59,025 nt of DNA from Oligoflexales bacterium (GTDB lineage Bacteria > Bdellovibrionota_B > Oligoflexia > Oligoflexales > RGVZ01). The notes below the pieces were generated by a model. The model saw nothing but the letters and a program-made list of their open reading frames with translations, did no database searches and was not told the origin of the DNA. The position numbers and the translations under genes are program-made. How positions within the stretch are numbered: the stretch's first letter is position 1; each line of letters opens with the position of its first letter. The DNA lies in assembly GCA_947476525.1 (NCBI GenBank), contig CANJQY010000002.1:1-59025 (forward strand). The letters run 5' to 3'. Below are positions 18,996-29,426 of the stretch, piece by piece.

Positions 18996-19304
18996 ATGAT
19001 TTTTCCGCACAATATTAATTCACAGGCTGGGTCTAGCGATCACGGGGTGGAGGTTCTGATCGTCGTATCAGGCGACGAGGTTGCCCGCGGTAAGTGGCTC
19101 CATGATCTTAATGCAGCTGCTGAAGCTTTTGGTTTCTTAATCGAAATTACGGAGGAAAATAATTTAAATCCCTCAGAGCGCGATCAAGCCAAAATTCGGC
19201 AACTCAAACGACACGCTTCGAACTTAAAAGATGGCATTCAGAAACTAGTAAATATAGTAGCTCCAATGAAGGCGGACGTAAATTTAGCAAACGGAGAAAA
19301 ATAA
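18996..19304 (+). CDS. small hypothetical protein, first gene of the regulator operon
   Basis: ATG 18996 is preceded by AGAGGGG. The stop lies 1 nt before the start codon of the downstream regulator gene. No motif recognised. Confidence 0.45.
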   Translation: MIFPHNINSQAGSSDHGVEVLIVVSGDEVARGKWLHDLNAAAEAFGFLIEITEENNLNPSERDQAKIRQLKRHASNLKDGIQKLVNIVAPMKADVNLANGEK

Positions 19305-19305
19305 C

Positions 19306-20829
19306 ATGGCGATACGCATATTCCACCTCGACGATGATCTCCTGTTCCTCGATCGCTTTTCAAAATTACTCTCCAACGAAACTCTCTTAGGCGAGCGTAT
19401 TTTTGTCGAAAGCTTCGACCAAGGATCGGACCTTAATGCGCGACTAAAGAGAGGAGATAATCCAGATATAATCATTATAGATTTTCATTTAGATGGACAA
19501 GACAAGACGGGGGCGGAAATTGCCGCCATCAGTCGAAAAATCGCGCAAAACTCTGCAATATTCATTGCCTCGAACTCAAAAGACTTGCACTCAATCCGTT
19601 CTAGTTTAAAAACAGGCGCTGACGATTTCCTGGCAAAAGACTCTAAGCCCCGTGAAATATTTGACCGTCTTGAAGCCGCTTTAAAAATTAAGCGCGAAGC
19701 CAAAGTGCAGCCGCATGAAATACTCGTAGGTCGAAGTATCTCGGGAGGGTCGATGTCGGCCATAAGACTTCGTGCGCCACAGATTATTAACTCGGCCGTA
19801 AACTGCATCTACTTGCAAGGAGAGTCAGGGACAGGTAAGGAGGTGGTAGCGTCGTTGTTTGAAGCGGCGCTAGGTCCAAAAATTCCGTTCGTACGAGTGA
19901 ACTGTGGGGCCATTACATCAAGCCTAATTGCCAGTGAGTTGTTCGGTCATTCCAAAGGATCGTTTACTGGCGCAACTACGGATAAAATGGGCTTGATCGA
20001 AGCTGCCAATGGCGGTTGGATATTTTTGGACGAGATTGCGACGCTTCCTTTAGAATCGCAGGTCTATTTGTTGAGGGCCATTGACAATCAGACAATTCGA
20101 AGGATCGGCACAAATGCGGAGCGACCAGTCTCGTTCCGCGTCATTTCGGCTACCAACGAGCCTCTGTCTGAACTGGTGGCTCAAGGAAAATTCAGGCGAG
20201 ATCTATGGCAGCGGTTGCAAGAAGCTCAAATAGATCTGGCTCCTCTGCGAGACCGGCGACAAGAAATTCCAGAGCTTGTAGATTTCTTTACCCAAACAAT
20301 GCGTGGTGGGCCGTACGTGCTTGCCGCCACAGTTCTAGATGCCCTTTGTGGCTACGATTGGTCAGAGGGAAACGTACGAGAGCTTCGTAATTGCCTCCGC
20401 GCAATGACGGAGAAATCCGTAAATAAAACGTTAACTCCAAGCTCGATACCCGAGCACATTTGGGATGCAATTACTGGCAGCAAAAAACAGCCGAAGAACG
20501 CCTCCCAGACGGCTGAACAAATGTCGAGAGAGTCGTCTGTGAACATCAACCTTCGATCGGCGGAACCCTCAAAGACATCTATGTCCATTTCGTGGGTTGG
20601 CGAGATGCCAGAATTTCAAACGCTAATCGACAAACTGCTTATTCAGGCCATCACAGTAGAGTTTGCCAAAAGTGGGCAAATGTCTACAAGGGAAGCTGGC
20701 CGGCTTTTAGGCATCCCTAGGTCAACGATGGCTAACCGCTGCCGCGAACTTATCGAGAACGGCACGATTTCAAGTGATGAGCTAGATCAGCTCATTCAGC
20801 ATCCATTGCGATTGAAGAAAATCGGATAG
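19306..20829 (+). CDS. sigma-54-dependent response regulator (NtrC family enhancer-binding protein)
   Basis: Receiver (IIIIDFHLDG), AAA+ Walker A GESGTGKE, the GAFTGA-type loop as GSFTGA, Walker B IFLDEI and a C-terminal HTH (AGRLLGIPRSTMANRCRE). Confidence 0.85.
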   Translation: MAIRIFHLDDDLLFLDRFSKLLSNETLLGERIFVESFDQGSDLNARLKRGDNPDIIIIDFHLDGQDKTGAEIAAISRKIAQNSAIFIASNSKDLHSIRSSLKTGADDFLAKDSKPREIFDRLEAALKIKREAKVQPHEILVGRSISGGSMSAIRLRAPQIINSAVNCIYLQGESGTGKEVVASLFEAALGPKIPFVRVNCGAITSSLIASELFGHSKGSFTGATTDKMGLIEAANGGWIFLDEIATLPLESQVYLLRAIDNQTIRRIGTNAERPVSFRVISATNEPLSELVAQGKFRRDLWQRLQEAQIDLAPLRDRRQEIPELVDFFTQTMRGGPYVLAATVLDALCGYDWSEGNVRELRNCLRAMTEKSVNKTLTPSSIPEHIWDAITGSKKQPKNASQTAEQMSRESSVNINLRSAEPSKTSMSISWVGEMPEFQTLIDKLLIQAITVEFAKSGQMSTREAGRLLGIPRSTMANRCRELIENGTISSDELDQLIQHPLRLKKIG

Positions 20830-20851
20830 CCTAGCAACGACACTGGAGGTC

Positions 20852-23314
20852 ATGTCATTCATGAAAGGCAATATTCTTTTTTCTGCGAATTCTACTCTTA
20901 GGCATCGTTATGGACTTCGTACGGCTGGGACGCCTACCGAGGGAAATCGCACGTTTCTGAATATTTCAGTTTGTCTGTTGTTGCTAACAGCGATGGCGGT
21001 GGCTACATTCAATATGGAGTATTCCGATGCGGTTGTAAAATCGGCATTACATGTACCTGTGCCATTTATGACACGCCACATCATGGGCATGTTTATGATC
21101 TTAATGTTCCTATTGGTAGATGGCTCGCCAGAGTCGCTTTCGTTAGGTATGGCGCTTGGCTGTGAAGCGGTAGCTCGGTCAATAGACTATCATTTTCTTA
21201 CGCCGGCTTATAGCAATTTTTCACAACATTTTCTGTTTCAAATGGGTGACATTCTGCGATTATACTTTGCCACTCAGATGGCTCGTGTATCGTCGAAAAA
21301 ATCCGGCCCGTGGCTACTGTATGGAACGATTCTTTCAATCCCCTACGGGTTGGCTATGGAGTTTTCTCCGTGGTTTGCTAGCACAGTCAGTAATGACGTG
21401 AGAAATGGACGCGACATCGTCATCGGATTTGTAGGGGCGTGGATTTGTGCACGAGTTGCCATCGCCATTTCGAAGGACAAGTTACCCTGGCGGGTCCTGG
21501 CACTAATTGTCGCGGCGATCGCATTTGCGGCTGACCCGCTAAATATTTGCACTTCGCGCCTAGCATCTGCCGAAACGGCGCTGATGTTTGCAGGATTTTT
21601 TGAATTCTACCGAAACATTGCCTATTTTCTTTATTCTCTTGCGGCATTCTTTAACATTTCAACGTTGGAAAATCGCGTTCGAGCCCTTTCTGTGGCGAGA
21701 ATCGAGGAGCAGGTTGCCAAGGTGCGAGAGGAGCAGCGAGTGCATGAGGCCATCGCCAAAACCACGCAAATGCTTGCTCACGATGTCAGAAAACCATTTA
21801 GCCTACTCAGCGCATACATGGATTTGGTGGCGAACACAAACTCGCCCGAGGAGACGTCGAAGGTTTTTTCCAGAATGGTGCCTGATGTCAAAAAATCCCT
21901 ACGACTTGTCGATCAACTACTGACTGACGTCATGGATATAGGACGTGAAAGTAAGCCCTTGCCTAAGTCGCTGGCGGTTCAAAAAGCACTTAGTGTTGTG
22001 ATTGAAAACGTATTTAGAACGACAAGAAATACCAACATACATTTCCACTACCGCTTTAGGCACCAGGGCAACATATGGGTAGATGAGCAGCACCTGCAAA
22101 GAATTCTTTCAAATATTCTTGATAACGCAGAGCAAGCAATCATGGGGCGGTCAGAAAGCATCACGATTACCACCAGCAATTTTTCAAGTGAGATTGGAGC
22201 AAGAATTTGCGTTGAGATTCACAACACAGGATCGTGTATTGCGTCCGAATACATCGACTCAGTTTTTGAGGCGTTCTTCACCAAGAATAAGCGGGGCGGG
22301 ACAGGGCTCGGCCTTGCAATCGTAAAAAAGCTGGTTGAAGCCAATGACGGCAACGTATCGGTCGTCTCGAATCTTGCGACCGGCACTTCTTTTCGATTTA
22401 GTTTCCCTTGCACACCAGCTGCCGCAGCAGACCGGATCCCCTTGCCAAGCTGCTCCGCAGACGTCCAACTAAATTTCGGCGACGATCCGCAAACCCTTGT
22501 TAGGCGCCGAGATTCATCATCTCAGGGCGTTAGGCCGTCTGGAGCGTCACACTTCCGCATTTTGGTTGTGGATGATGATCCTGTCTATTCAGAAAGTGTC
22601 AGGCTGCACGTGCACAAAATCCTCGGAGATCGTATGACGCTAGCGATCGCGCAGTCATACGAAGAGGGCCTGCGCCGTATGGCCGAAGGTCCAATTGATA
22701 TATTGATATGTGACTATGATCTAGCGTCGAAAACCAACGATGGAATCGATCTTATTAATGAAATCAAAAAAGAAAATAGGAATTGCACGGCGGTCCTCCA
22801 CACGAATCACTTACTCACAGACGCGATGACGCTTAGGCTTGGAGGAAACTTGTCAAAGCTCCTAAGAAAACCGATGGTCCAAGACCAGTTTGAGCAGCTG
22901 GTGAAAGATTTCAACAGCTCTCGTCTTACATCGCTTGGGAAACCGGCGATTGCGATAGTCGAGGATGATCTCATTTTTGCGGAACTAATCACGATCCGTC
23001 TCCCCCAGTTTGAAGTCACAATATATGAGTCACCGAGCCAATTTTTGCTGGCATGCCACGAGAATTCTCAACTTCTTTCGAGCTTTACGGCCGTAGTCAC
23101 AGATCTACATTTTTCAGACACGTCACAAACAGGATTTGATTTAGCCAGCGCACTCCGAGACAAGTCGCAGGTGCCGCTAGTGCTATACACCAATGCAGAG
23201 ATAGCAGAGGATCATCCCAACCGAAAAATTTTTGAATTTGTCTCAAAAAAATCTGGGAATGATCTTGTTAAATTTTTGACAAGTCTAGCCATCGCGCCGT
23301 CAAAATCGGCATAG
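20852..23314 (+). CDS. hybrid sensor histidine kinase with a multi-TM sensor and two C-terminal receiver domains
   Basis: About 7-8 predicted TM helices. H-box MLAHDVRKPFS, N-box ILDNAEQA and G2 GGTGLGLAIVKKLVE. These are followed by ILVVDDDPVY... and IAIVEDDLIF... receiver modules. Confidence 0.85.
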   Translation: MSFMKGNILFSANSTLRHRYGLRTAGTPTEGNRTFLNISVCLLLLTAMAVATFNMEYSDAVVKSALHVPVPFMTRHIMGMFMILMFLLVDGSPESLSLGMALGCEAVARSIDYHFLTPAYSNFSQHFLFQMGDILRLYFATQMARVSSKKSGPWLLYGTILSIPYGLAMEFSPWFASTVSNDVRNGRDIVIGFVGAWICARVAIAISKDKLPWRVLALIVAAIAFAADPLNICTSRLASAETALMFAGFFEFYRNIAYFLYSLAAFFNISTLENRVRALSVARIEEQVAKVREEQRVHEAIAKTTQMLAHDVRKPFSLLSAYMDLVANTNSPEETSKVFSRMVPDVKKSLRLVDQLLTDVMDIGRESKPLPKSLAVQKALSVVIENVFRTTRNTNIHFHYRFRHQGNIWVDEQHLQRILSNILDNAEQAIMGRSESITITTSNFSSEIGARICVEIHNTGSCIASEYIDSVFEAFFTKNKRGGTGLGLAIVKKLVEANDGNVSVVSNLATGTSFRFSFPCTPAAAADRIPLPSCSADVQLNFGDDPQTLVRRRDSSSQGVRPSGASHFRILVVDDDPVYSESVRLHVHKILGDRMTLAIAQSYEEGLRRMAEGPIDILICDYDLASKTNDGIDLINEIKKENRNCTAVLHTNHLLTDAMTLRLGGNLSKLLRKPMVQDQFEQLVKDFNSSRLTSLGKPAIAIVEDDLIFAELITIRLPQFEVTIYESPSQFLLACHENSQLLSSFTAVVTDLHFSDTSQTGFDLASALRDKSQVPLVLYTNAEIAEDHPNRKIFEFVSKKSGNDLVKFLTSLAIAPSKSA

Positions 23315-23437
23315 CCAGGGCTTCCCACGACTAGGATCTTGCCACATCGACCAGAATCCTGCCAGGGTCGACCTTTATCCAGGATCAAAAATCCTGCGGC
23401 ACTGAGGTTCGCGAGCCGTCAAACGGCGGCAAACTAA

Positions 23438-23902
23438 TCACCAATCTACTCGCCAGACCACCGTATGGCTTGCAGTTACCATGGTGGCGCCAGTTTGTGG
23501 AAATTTCATTTTCCTCAGTAGCTCGTTTGCACACGCGGGCAGTGCTTTGGCGTTACCACCTCTTTCAACTTGCGACACCACACCAGAGGTTAGAATCACG
23601 GCTTCGAGCAGCATGGACCGAGGACTTGGCAACGTGACGTTTAGACATTCAAAGAGCCCGTCGCGGTGGGCTTGAAATTTAAATTCGCGCATAAAAGTCT
23701 GCTCATCAATGCCGTTAGGCTCTTTGAAATGCAACATTTTGCGGTCAATTTTTTTGGCTCGAACTGGCGGTATTACAAGTGTGGGTGGTAGCGTGGCTGA
23801 TGGCGCGGCTAGTGGCCGGCCACCTCCAAAAAATTCTTCTGGGCCGATCGGCGTCGCCCAAAGGAGCAAAAATAGGCCCACTATCAAAATCCAACGATTC
23901 AT
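23438..23902 (-). CDS. small exported hypothetical protein (operon gene 11)
   Basis: Signal peptide MNRWILIVGLFLLLWA. Lies 13 nt downstream of the preceding gene. No family recognised. Confidence 0.55.
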   Translation of the reverse strand: MNRWILIVGLFLLLWATPIGPEEFFGGGRPLAAPSATLPPTLVIPPVRAKKIDRKMLHFKEPNGIDEQTFMREFKFQAHRDGLFECLNVTLPSPRSMLLEAVILTSGVVSQVERGGNAKALPACANELLRKMKFPQTGATMVTASHTVVWRVDW

Positions 23903-23915
23903 CGGCGATGTCCCA

Positions 23916-25712
23916 TCATTCTAAATGCCACACACGGTCTGTTACCGAATTTGGCATTGCCAAGAACTCGCGACGGGCCAAAGTTACTGAATCTGCCCAG
24001 ATGTAAGGGTTCGTGAGTTTTGCAAATGGCCTAATGTTAACGGCACCCACGTGAGTCACGCCGCCACGAGCAGATTTTTCTGCCGTGGACCTTTGATCGT
24101 GGGCTGCACGTTCAAGGCTTGTAAGAAGGCTTACCAATGACTCTTGTGATTTTCCACTGTCGAGGACTTTGCGAATGATTTTCGTGAGCTGCAAAATAAC
24201 ATCCTCAACTTTGTCGTATTCGTCGTCTGACAGACCCTCTGCTCGAACGGCAATGTCATTTGCATAGTTGATAAACTCATTGGGCCGTCGTTCATGTAAT
24301 TTTTCGACTAATTTTGCATACACAAGACTTTTTCGGTGAGCTAACGCCTCGTAGACGGATAGTGTTTCAGGCGGTAGGCGGGCAATTGTCGAAGATTTGC
24401 TTTTAGCTAATAATTGATTTTCAATTGCAAGGAAGCCTTTAATATTCCCACGCAGGGCATGATCGATCAATAAGCCCCGGTAAATTCTCGGCCAATAGGC
24501 CACAGGCACGGCCCCTTGAATGGCACCGAGCATGGCCTCGTTATATTGATATTCACTTAAAAGTCGTTCTACGATGGTCAACGCCCCCTGGCGAGAAACC
24601 TCAGCGGCGTCTTCGGTGGCAAGAATTCTTCGTAGGAACTCGATAGTTTTGGCGTGGTCTCCAGCTTCATAGGACATAACAGCCCTTCGGTAAACGATTT
24701 GGTCGTGAAACGGCAGGTCAGTTAGCTGATCTAACTGCTCAAATAAAATCTCCCGTTCTTTAATTGGCCATTCATCAAAAGCAACAATCCCAAGCCACGA
24801 CGCAGCGTTGACGGCATCGGCCGTAGGTAAAATGACTTTGACGACACCCTCATCGCGGCCGCCGAGTGGTAATACTCCGGCGGGAATTAATTCTTGTTTG
24901 ACCATGGCACTCCATAAGTAACGCCTCTCGGGGTCTTCAAGCTTAGCCCAATCGCCGAGAGAAATATGATTGAACATGGTCAAGATACTGGTTGCAAGGT
25001 CGTCGTATTTTAGTTTTTGAGCCAGTTCCATAATTCTAATTTGGATAGGACGATCGTCCGTCAGACGATCTTCTGGGTGGATGGTAACCCAAGCCATGTA
25101 ACGTCTAAGGTAATCTAACTCGGCCTCGTCAGCAAATTTGCTATCTTTGTAAGTTGGGCGGCTGTAACGGCAGCCCCGATTTAGGAGAAGCTTTGTCTTC
25201 TTGAGATCTGTCAGGTTCGGGGTCTCAAAATCCGCTAACGTGGTTACTTGCACGCCTCGATCAGCGGCATCGTCGGCATCAAGCGGAACGGCAGGCGCTT
25301 GGGCAAAACGTTGATAGAATCTAGCACCGTAGGCTCGTACTAAAAGATCAAAACTGACAGGACCCACCGCTGGGCCAAAGGGACAAGCCCCAAACTTTAG
25401 GGCGGCCAATTTTTCATAGTAGGGTAATTTGTTGACATTGCGTTTTGTATGAATCGCCATCTGCGTCACTCGCCAGGCCGACTGGTATTTTTTTTTGAGC
25501 AAAAACCAACGAATGCTGTCTTCTAATTTGTCGTTCCATTCGGGGTCACTGGGTGTGATTTTATTGTAAAAACTACGAGCCCCATTCACATCACCAGAAT
25601 CATAGGTCTTTCTCGCAAGGTCCAAATTTCGGGCTCCAGCAAACGAACTAAATCCAATTAAGAGGGCCACGACTCCAGGTGAACACCACGAATTTTGCGC
25701 TTTTGACTTCAT
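23916..25712 (-). CDS. exported all-helical (TPR-like) hypothetical protein (operon gene 10)
   Basis: Start set at ATG 25712, giving an ATGA overlap with the upstream stop. Signal peptide MKSKAQNSWCSPGVVALLIGFSSFAGA. Helical repeat-like composition. Confidence 0.6.
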   Translation of the reverse strand: MKSKAQNSWCSPGVVALLIGFSSFAGARNLDLARKTYDSGDVNGARSFYNKITPSDPEWNDKLEDSIRWFLLKKKYQSAWRVTQMAIHTKRNVNKLPYYEKLAALKFGACPFGPAVGPVSFDLLVRAYGARFYQRFAQAPAVPLDADDAADRGVQVTTLADFETPNLTDLKKTKLLLNRGCRYSRPTYKDSKFADEAELDYLRRYMAWVTIHPEDRLTDDRPIQIRIMELAQKLKYDDLATSILTMFNHISLGDWAKLEDPERRYLWSAMVKQELIPAGVLPLGGRDEGVVKVILPTADAVNAASWLGIVAFDEWPIKEREILFEQLDQLTDLPFHDQIVYRRAVMSYEAGDHAKTIEFLRRILATEDAAEVSRQGALTIVERLLSEYQYNEAMLGAIQGAVPVAYWPRIYRGLLIDHALRGNIKGFLAIENQLLAKSKSSTIARLPPETLSVYEALAHRKSLVYAKLVEKLHERRPNEFINYANDIAVRAEGLSDDEYDKVEDVILQLTKIIRKVLDSGKSQESLVSLLTSLERAAHDQRSTAEKSARGGVTHVGAVNIRPFAKLTNPYIWADSVTLARREFLAMPNSVTDRVWHLE

Positions 25713-26497
25713 GGACGCCGTTTGTCTCCAAAAGCTACGACCCCACCAATTGAGGTCCCAGTCCAATGACCGAGAGCTGGCCCCATGTAAGATCTTGGAA
25801 TTTGGTAATTGGTCAAGAAAAAGAGACCAAAGCCCGAAGGTAAATAAATTTGGTAACGAAGCCCTAGATCAATAACCCAAGCCGAAACACCTATCGTTTG
25901 GCCTGCTACCCGAGCGCGATCCCCTTTTTTGGTAGGTATAAACTTGGACGACGGATGAACATAATGAACACCCGCTTCCAAACTAAAAACACTTTCGACG
26001 TCACTAATAATTGGCGATAAACGCGACGATGATTTGCCCTCAAGTAGGCTATAGCCAAACTGACCGTAGACCTCCCACCTTGTAGGTTGGGCTATCTGAC
26101 GGAACGGAGTTTTTTCAATCATCCTGCCGGCCGTATCAGAGTGGACGGATATGCGGCGCAGGCCAGTGCGAAACAGGAAACCTCCGCCAAGGGAAAAACC
26201 AACTCCTGCATGCCATCCATCCGAGGGAATGACGTTTCGTTCATTCACGCCATCTATGCCAAGTTCTAGCTCGTAGTTGCTATTTCTCCAGTCATATATT
26301 TTGGGAGCCTGACTCTCCATAATGACTTGGTCAAGCACACTTCCCTCGTCAAAAAGAACACCGTCTTCGATGATTGGTGGGGTCGGCCTTGAGGGAGTAA
26401 TGATCGGCTCTTTGGCGGCAAACAAAATGGTAGAATTCAGAAATAAAATACCTAGGTGTGCCATTTTTTTTGCTTGAAATATTTTTTCAGTAGCCAT
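25709..26497 (-). CDS. exported hypothetical protein, outer-membrane beta-barrel-like (operon gene 9)
   Basis: Signal peptide present. Alternating hydrophobic/polar strands (GVGFSLGGGFLFRTGL, VYGQFGYSLL, VIDLGLRYQIYL). Start is 26497, or alternatively 26464. Confidence 0.55.
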   Translation of the reverse strand: MATEKIFQAKKMAHLGILFLNSTILFAAKEPIITPSRPTPPIIEDGVLFDEGSVLDQVIMESQAPKIYDWRNSNYELELGIDGVNERNVIPSDGWHAGVGFSLGGGFLFRTGLRRISVHSDTAGRMIEKTPFRQIAQPTRWEVYGQFGYSLLEGKSSSRLSPIISDVESVFSLEAGVHYVHPSSKFIPTKKGDRARVAGQTIGVSAWVIDLGLRYQIYLPSGFGLFFLTNYQIPRSYMGPALGHWTGTSIGGVVAFGDKRRP

Positions 26498-28625
26498 CCA
26501 AAGCCTCACTACCAACTGAAGGATACTGAGGACTCACGCAACTAAAAAAATTATTGTCACTGTAATTGCCGCCCACCTGATAGACTCCGGCGTCATCAAA
26601 CCAGGGGTGATCACAATAGTTAGTGCAGACTTGAAGCAAGGATCCGAAGTCAATTGAGTCAGCCAACCACTTTGGGTCCCCCAAGAGTTGATAACCCGCA
26701 AAATCTCGACCTACAGGTATGAGGCTTACTACGTTGAGGGTCACCGGTGATTTGTACGTCACCTTACCGATGAATGGTAGCTCCCAAGCAACTCCAATTC
26801 GGTAGTCTGCAGCCCCTTGGCCGATACCCCAAAGACTTTCTGCCGTAACAATATTAATTCCATCCGTGGTCGCGTCTTGGGTCGAGCTGCGTAAACGTAA
26901 ACTATTTAGTAGTGAGGAATTGGCTGCTCCCCAACAAACGTGCACACGCTCATTTGCGGTGACAATGAGGTGTTCGTTATCAAAATAAGTGACCTGATGC
27001 TTTTTTTCGGTCTCGGTAAACGTACTTCCATTTTTCACCACGCTTGCAAACGATAAATCCGGCTTTTTGACAAGACCTCGGTCCGTGTATTTATCGACAT
27101 AATTTCGGTAGCTATTAAGAGTCGGGAAAGGGCCCATTGGGGTTACAAAATTTAGCAACGCACCACCAATTTTCACAGGTTCCGTTACAATGCAATTAGC
27201 ATCCACAGGAGAACTTAGACTAGATGATGGGTCTTGGGGCCTGATGCTAGGGCACCAGATCATAAATTTCTCTTGAACACTAGTTGGCCTAAAATCAAAT
27301 TGGCTGTCATAGACAAAACTACCCACGAGCCTCGGAGATATCAACGCCGCCTCTGAGGTTGAAATGACAGCAAGCTCTTCGGCAAGTATTTGATGAAAAT
27401 TACGAAATTCAGTCGACAGATTTTGGTGGAGAACGACCGTAAACATGAAGTCAGTCGCGCCGCTTGAGGCGGCCTTGGCGGTCGCCAATTTGGAGGTGAG
27501 TAATCCCGATAACGAGCTTCGAAACGAGGCGTCACCTCCAACTCTAAAGCATAGATCTTCTGGTGATTCCCCAAATCCGAGCATTTTTCGCTGATACTCA
27601 TAAAAAGTTTCATCCCTGGCCGTATCAGCACCAATAGCATCTGAACAATAGGCTAAAATGACTGGAATTTTCGTCGCAGCCGTCAACGGTGTGTCGTATT
27701 TATAGCTGCCAGTTTTAAATTTCGGATTACGACGGGCGAAGACCGTGTGTTTGGCCAAAACCAAACCATTTCTATCCAAGAAATCCACGTTAGCACAGGC
27801 TCCGTTGGTGCCATCTGTCGTTGGGAAATCTCCGGTCAGCCAAGAGCTTTTTCCATCAAAGGTTTGTGCGTTAGCTGAAGATAGTGACGCCGTACAAAAA
27901 TCAGCCGGAAATAGGTAATTATTTCGGCGAGATGTTTTAAGTGCTGCCATTACAGTGTTAGTAACGCTTGTGCTTTCGGGTGCCCGCACCTGAAATTTTC
28001 TGGTCATACCGTAGCGTCTAATATCTACCTTCGATGGAATGCCAAAATTATCGTCTACACGAATCTGGATGCGAGTGTTGCTTGAATCGTAAACTCCAAA
28101 AACCATGGCACTGAGATTGGTACCAAAATCGCGAATCGTAGCCGAAGTGACATGTTCGGCAGTGCCATCGGGGTGATACAGCATACGCAAAGCAACGCGC
28201 TGAACATTTTTATCAGAGGGCCAGGAAAAACTTCCACAATGCACACCTCTACTGCACTCAACCATCTTATGCTGATGAACTCCGGTCGACAAATCAAGGA
28301 ACTTCCAAGTTGCTTGTGCCGAGTTAAACGTCCCACTGCCATCATCAAAAGCGTAGAACCACTTGCTATTTTCTAAAACCTCGGGAATTTCTGTCAATTC
28401 AAAAAAAAGGTAGTCCACATTTTCGTCAGCAACGCGGTAGGCTCCGATTATGTCAAGGTGGGACGGAACTTGCACCAAGCCCGCCTTGCGGCACGATTGC
28501 ACCATTGCACTACCAAAACCAACGACAGCCACGATGGCGGCTGCTTGGGCTGCCCAACGACTAATGGATGGAATTAGTGCCACTAGCCCGGCTGTCGGAG
28601 GCTTTTGAATGCGCAACCAGTTCAT
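26487..28625 (-). CDS. large Cys-rich exported hypothetical protein (operon gene 8)
   Basis: 712-aa ORF with an N-terminal hydrophobic anchor or signal. Many Cys residues. The start shares one base with the upstream stop (TAATG). No family recognised. Confidence 0.6.
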   Translation of the reverse strand: MNWLRIQKPPTAGLVALIPSISRWAAQAAAIVAVVGFGSAMVQSCRKAGLVQVPSHLDIIGAYRVADENVDYLFFELTEIPEVLENSKWFYAFDDGSGTFNSAQATWKFLDLSTGVHQHKMVECSRGVHCGSFSWPSDKNVQRVALRMLYHPDGTAEHVTSATIRDFGTNLSAMVFGVYDSSNTRIQIRVDDNFGIPSKVDIRRYGMTRKFQVRAPESTSVTNTVMAALKTSRRNNYLFPADFCTASLSSANAQTFDGKSSWLTGDFPTTDGTNGACANVDFLDRNGLVLAKHTVFARRNPKFKTGSYKYDTPLTAATKIPVILAYCSDAIGADTARDETFYEYQRKMLGFGESPEDLCFRVGGDASFRSSLSGLLTSKLATAKAASSGATDFMFTVVLHQNLSTEFRNFHQILAEELAVISTSEAALISPRLVGSFVYDSQFDFRPTSVQEKFMIWCPSIRPQDPSSSLSSPVDANCIVTEPVKIGGALLNFVTPMGPFPTLNSYRNYVDKYTDRGLVKKPDLSFASVVKNGSTFTETEKKHQVTYFDNEHLIVTANERVHVCWGAANSSLLNSLRLRSSTQDATTDGINIVTAESLWGIGQGAADYRIGVAWELPFIGKVTYKSPVTLNVVSLIPVGRDFAGYQLLGDPKWLADSIDFGSLLQVCTNYCDHPWFDDAGVYQVGGNYSDNNFFSCVSPQYPSVGSEALDGY

Positions 28626-29380
28626 TATGGACGCACCTCTTGGGCAGTTTGAACAGCCCAGTTCGCCAATGTTAAGGCGTCTGATGATGCTGTCGCCGTT
28701 CTGGCTCTAGTTCCTGCATCTGTGGGGTCAACTGTATTTATGGCCGTAGCAGTTTTGACAATTTTTGAGTCCGTGGAAGCTTTCCAATGGGCAAAATGGC
28801 CCGTGGTTGGATTGCTTACACTAAAATAATGAAGACTAACAGCCGGTCTTCCACGTCCGCGAAGAGTTCGCCACGCAGCCCAATGGGGAGTTTCCACGAC
28901 GAGTGTAAACGTGCCGCCGACATCGGTGTCCCAAAATACTGCTTTGAGATGGACGATGGGTCGGTCTAATGGGTCATCCGGATATGATCTCACGGAGCCG
29001 GGATCAGAAGCCGCGGCGGCCGTTTCTACGGCAGTCAACGTCGTGCAGTCAGAAGTAGTGATGGCCCGAGGAACCACAGTTACGTTGTCCGCAACCATTT
29101 TAAGGGCCTCCGTCGCCGCAGCGATTCTGGTCGACCATTCAGTGATTCTAAACTGACTTGTGCCTGTCGCACCGAAACAGGACGAATCAGCGGCCGCAGA
29201 GTTAGATAAATTTATTGGCTCAAATACGACAATGTATAACGGTTTGGTCGCCTCGGGATCGGTTGGAATATTAGGCGTCGCTGCCGACGATCCATCACGG
29301 TCATCCCAACCGTCATAGCAAGACACGTTGATTTGTGTGATTAGAGACAACAAAAATATTTTAAGTAATGAAGAAGTCAA
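28625..29380 (-). CDS. exported hypothetical protein, possible lipoprotein (operon gene 7)
   Basis: N-terminus MTSSLLKIFLLSLITQINVSC, an atypical lipobox. T/A/S-rich. Confidence 0.55.
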   Translation of the reverse strand: MTSSLLKIFLLSLITQINVSCYDGWDDRDGSSAATPNIPTDPEATKPLYIVVFEPINLSNSAAADSSCFGATGTSQFRITEWSTRIAAATEALKMVADNVTVVPRAITTSDCTTLTAVETAAAASDPGSVRSYPDDPLDRPIVHLKAVFWDTDVGGTFTLVVETPHWAAWRTLRGRGRPAVSLHYFSVSNPTTGHFAHWKASTDSKIVKTATAINTVDPTDAGTRARTATASSDALTLANWAVQTAQEVRP

Positions 29381-29426
29381 AAGTATGCCTCGATGAAATT
29401 CTCTGGAATATTCTCTGTAATATTCT

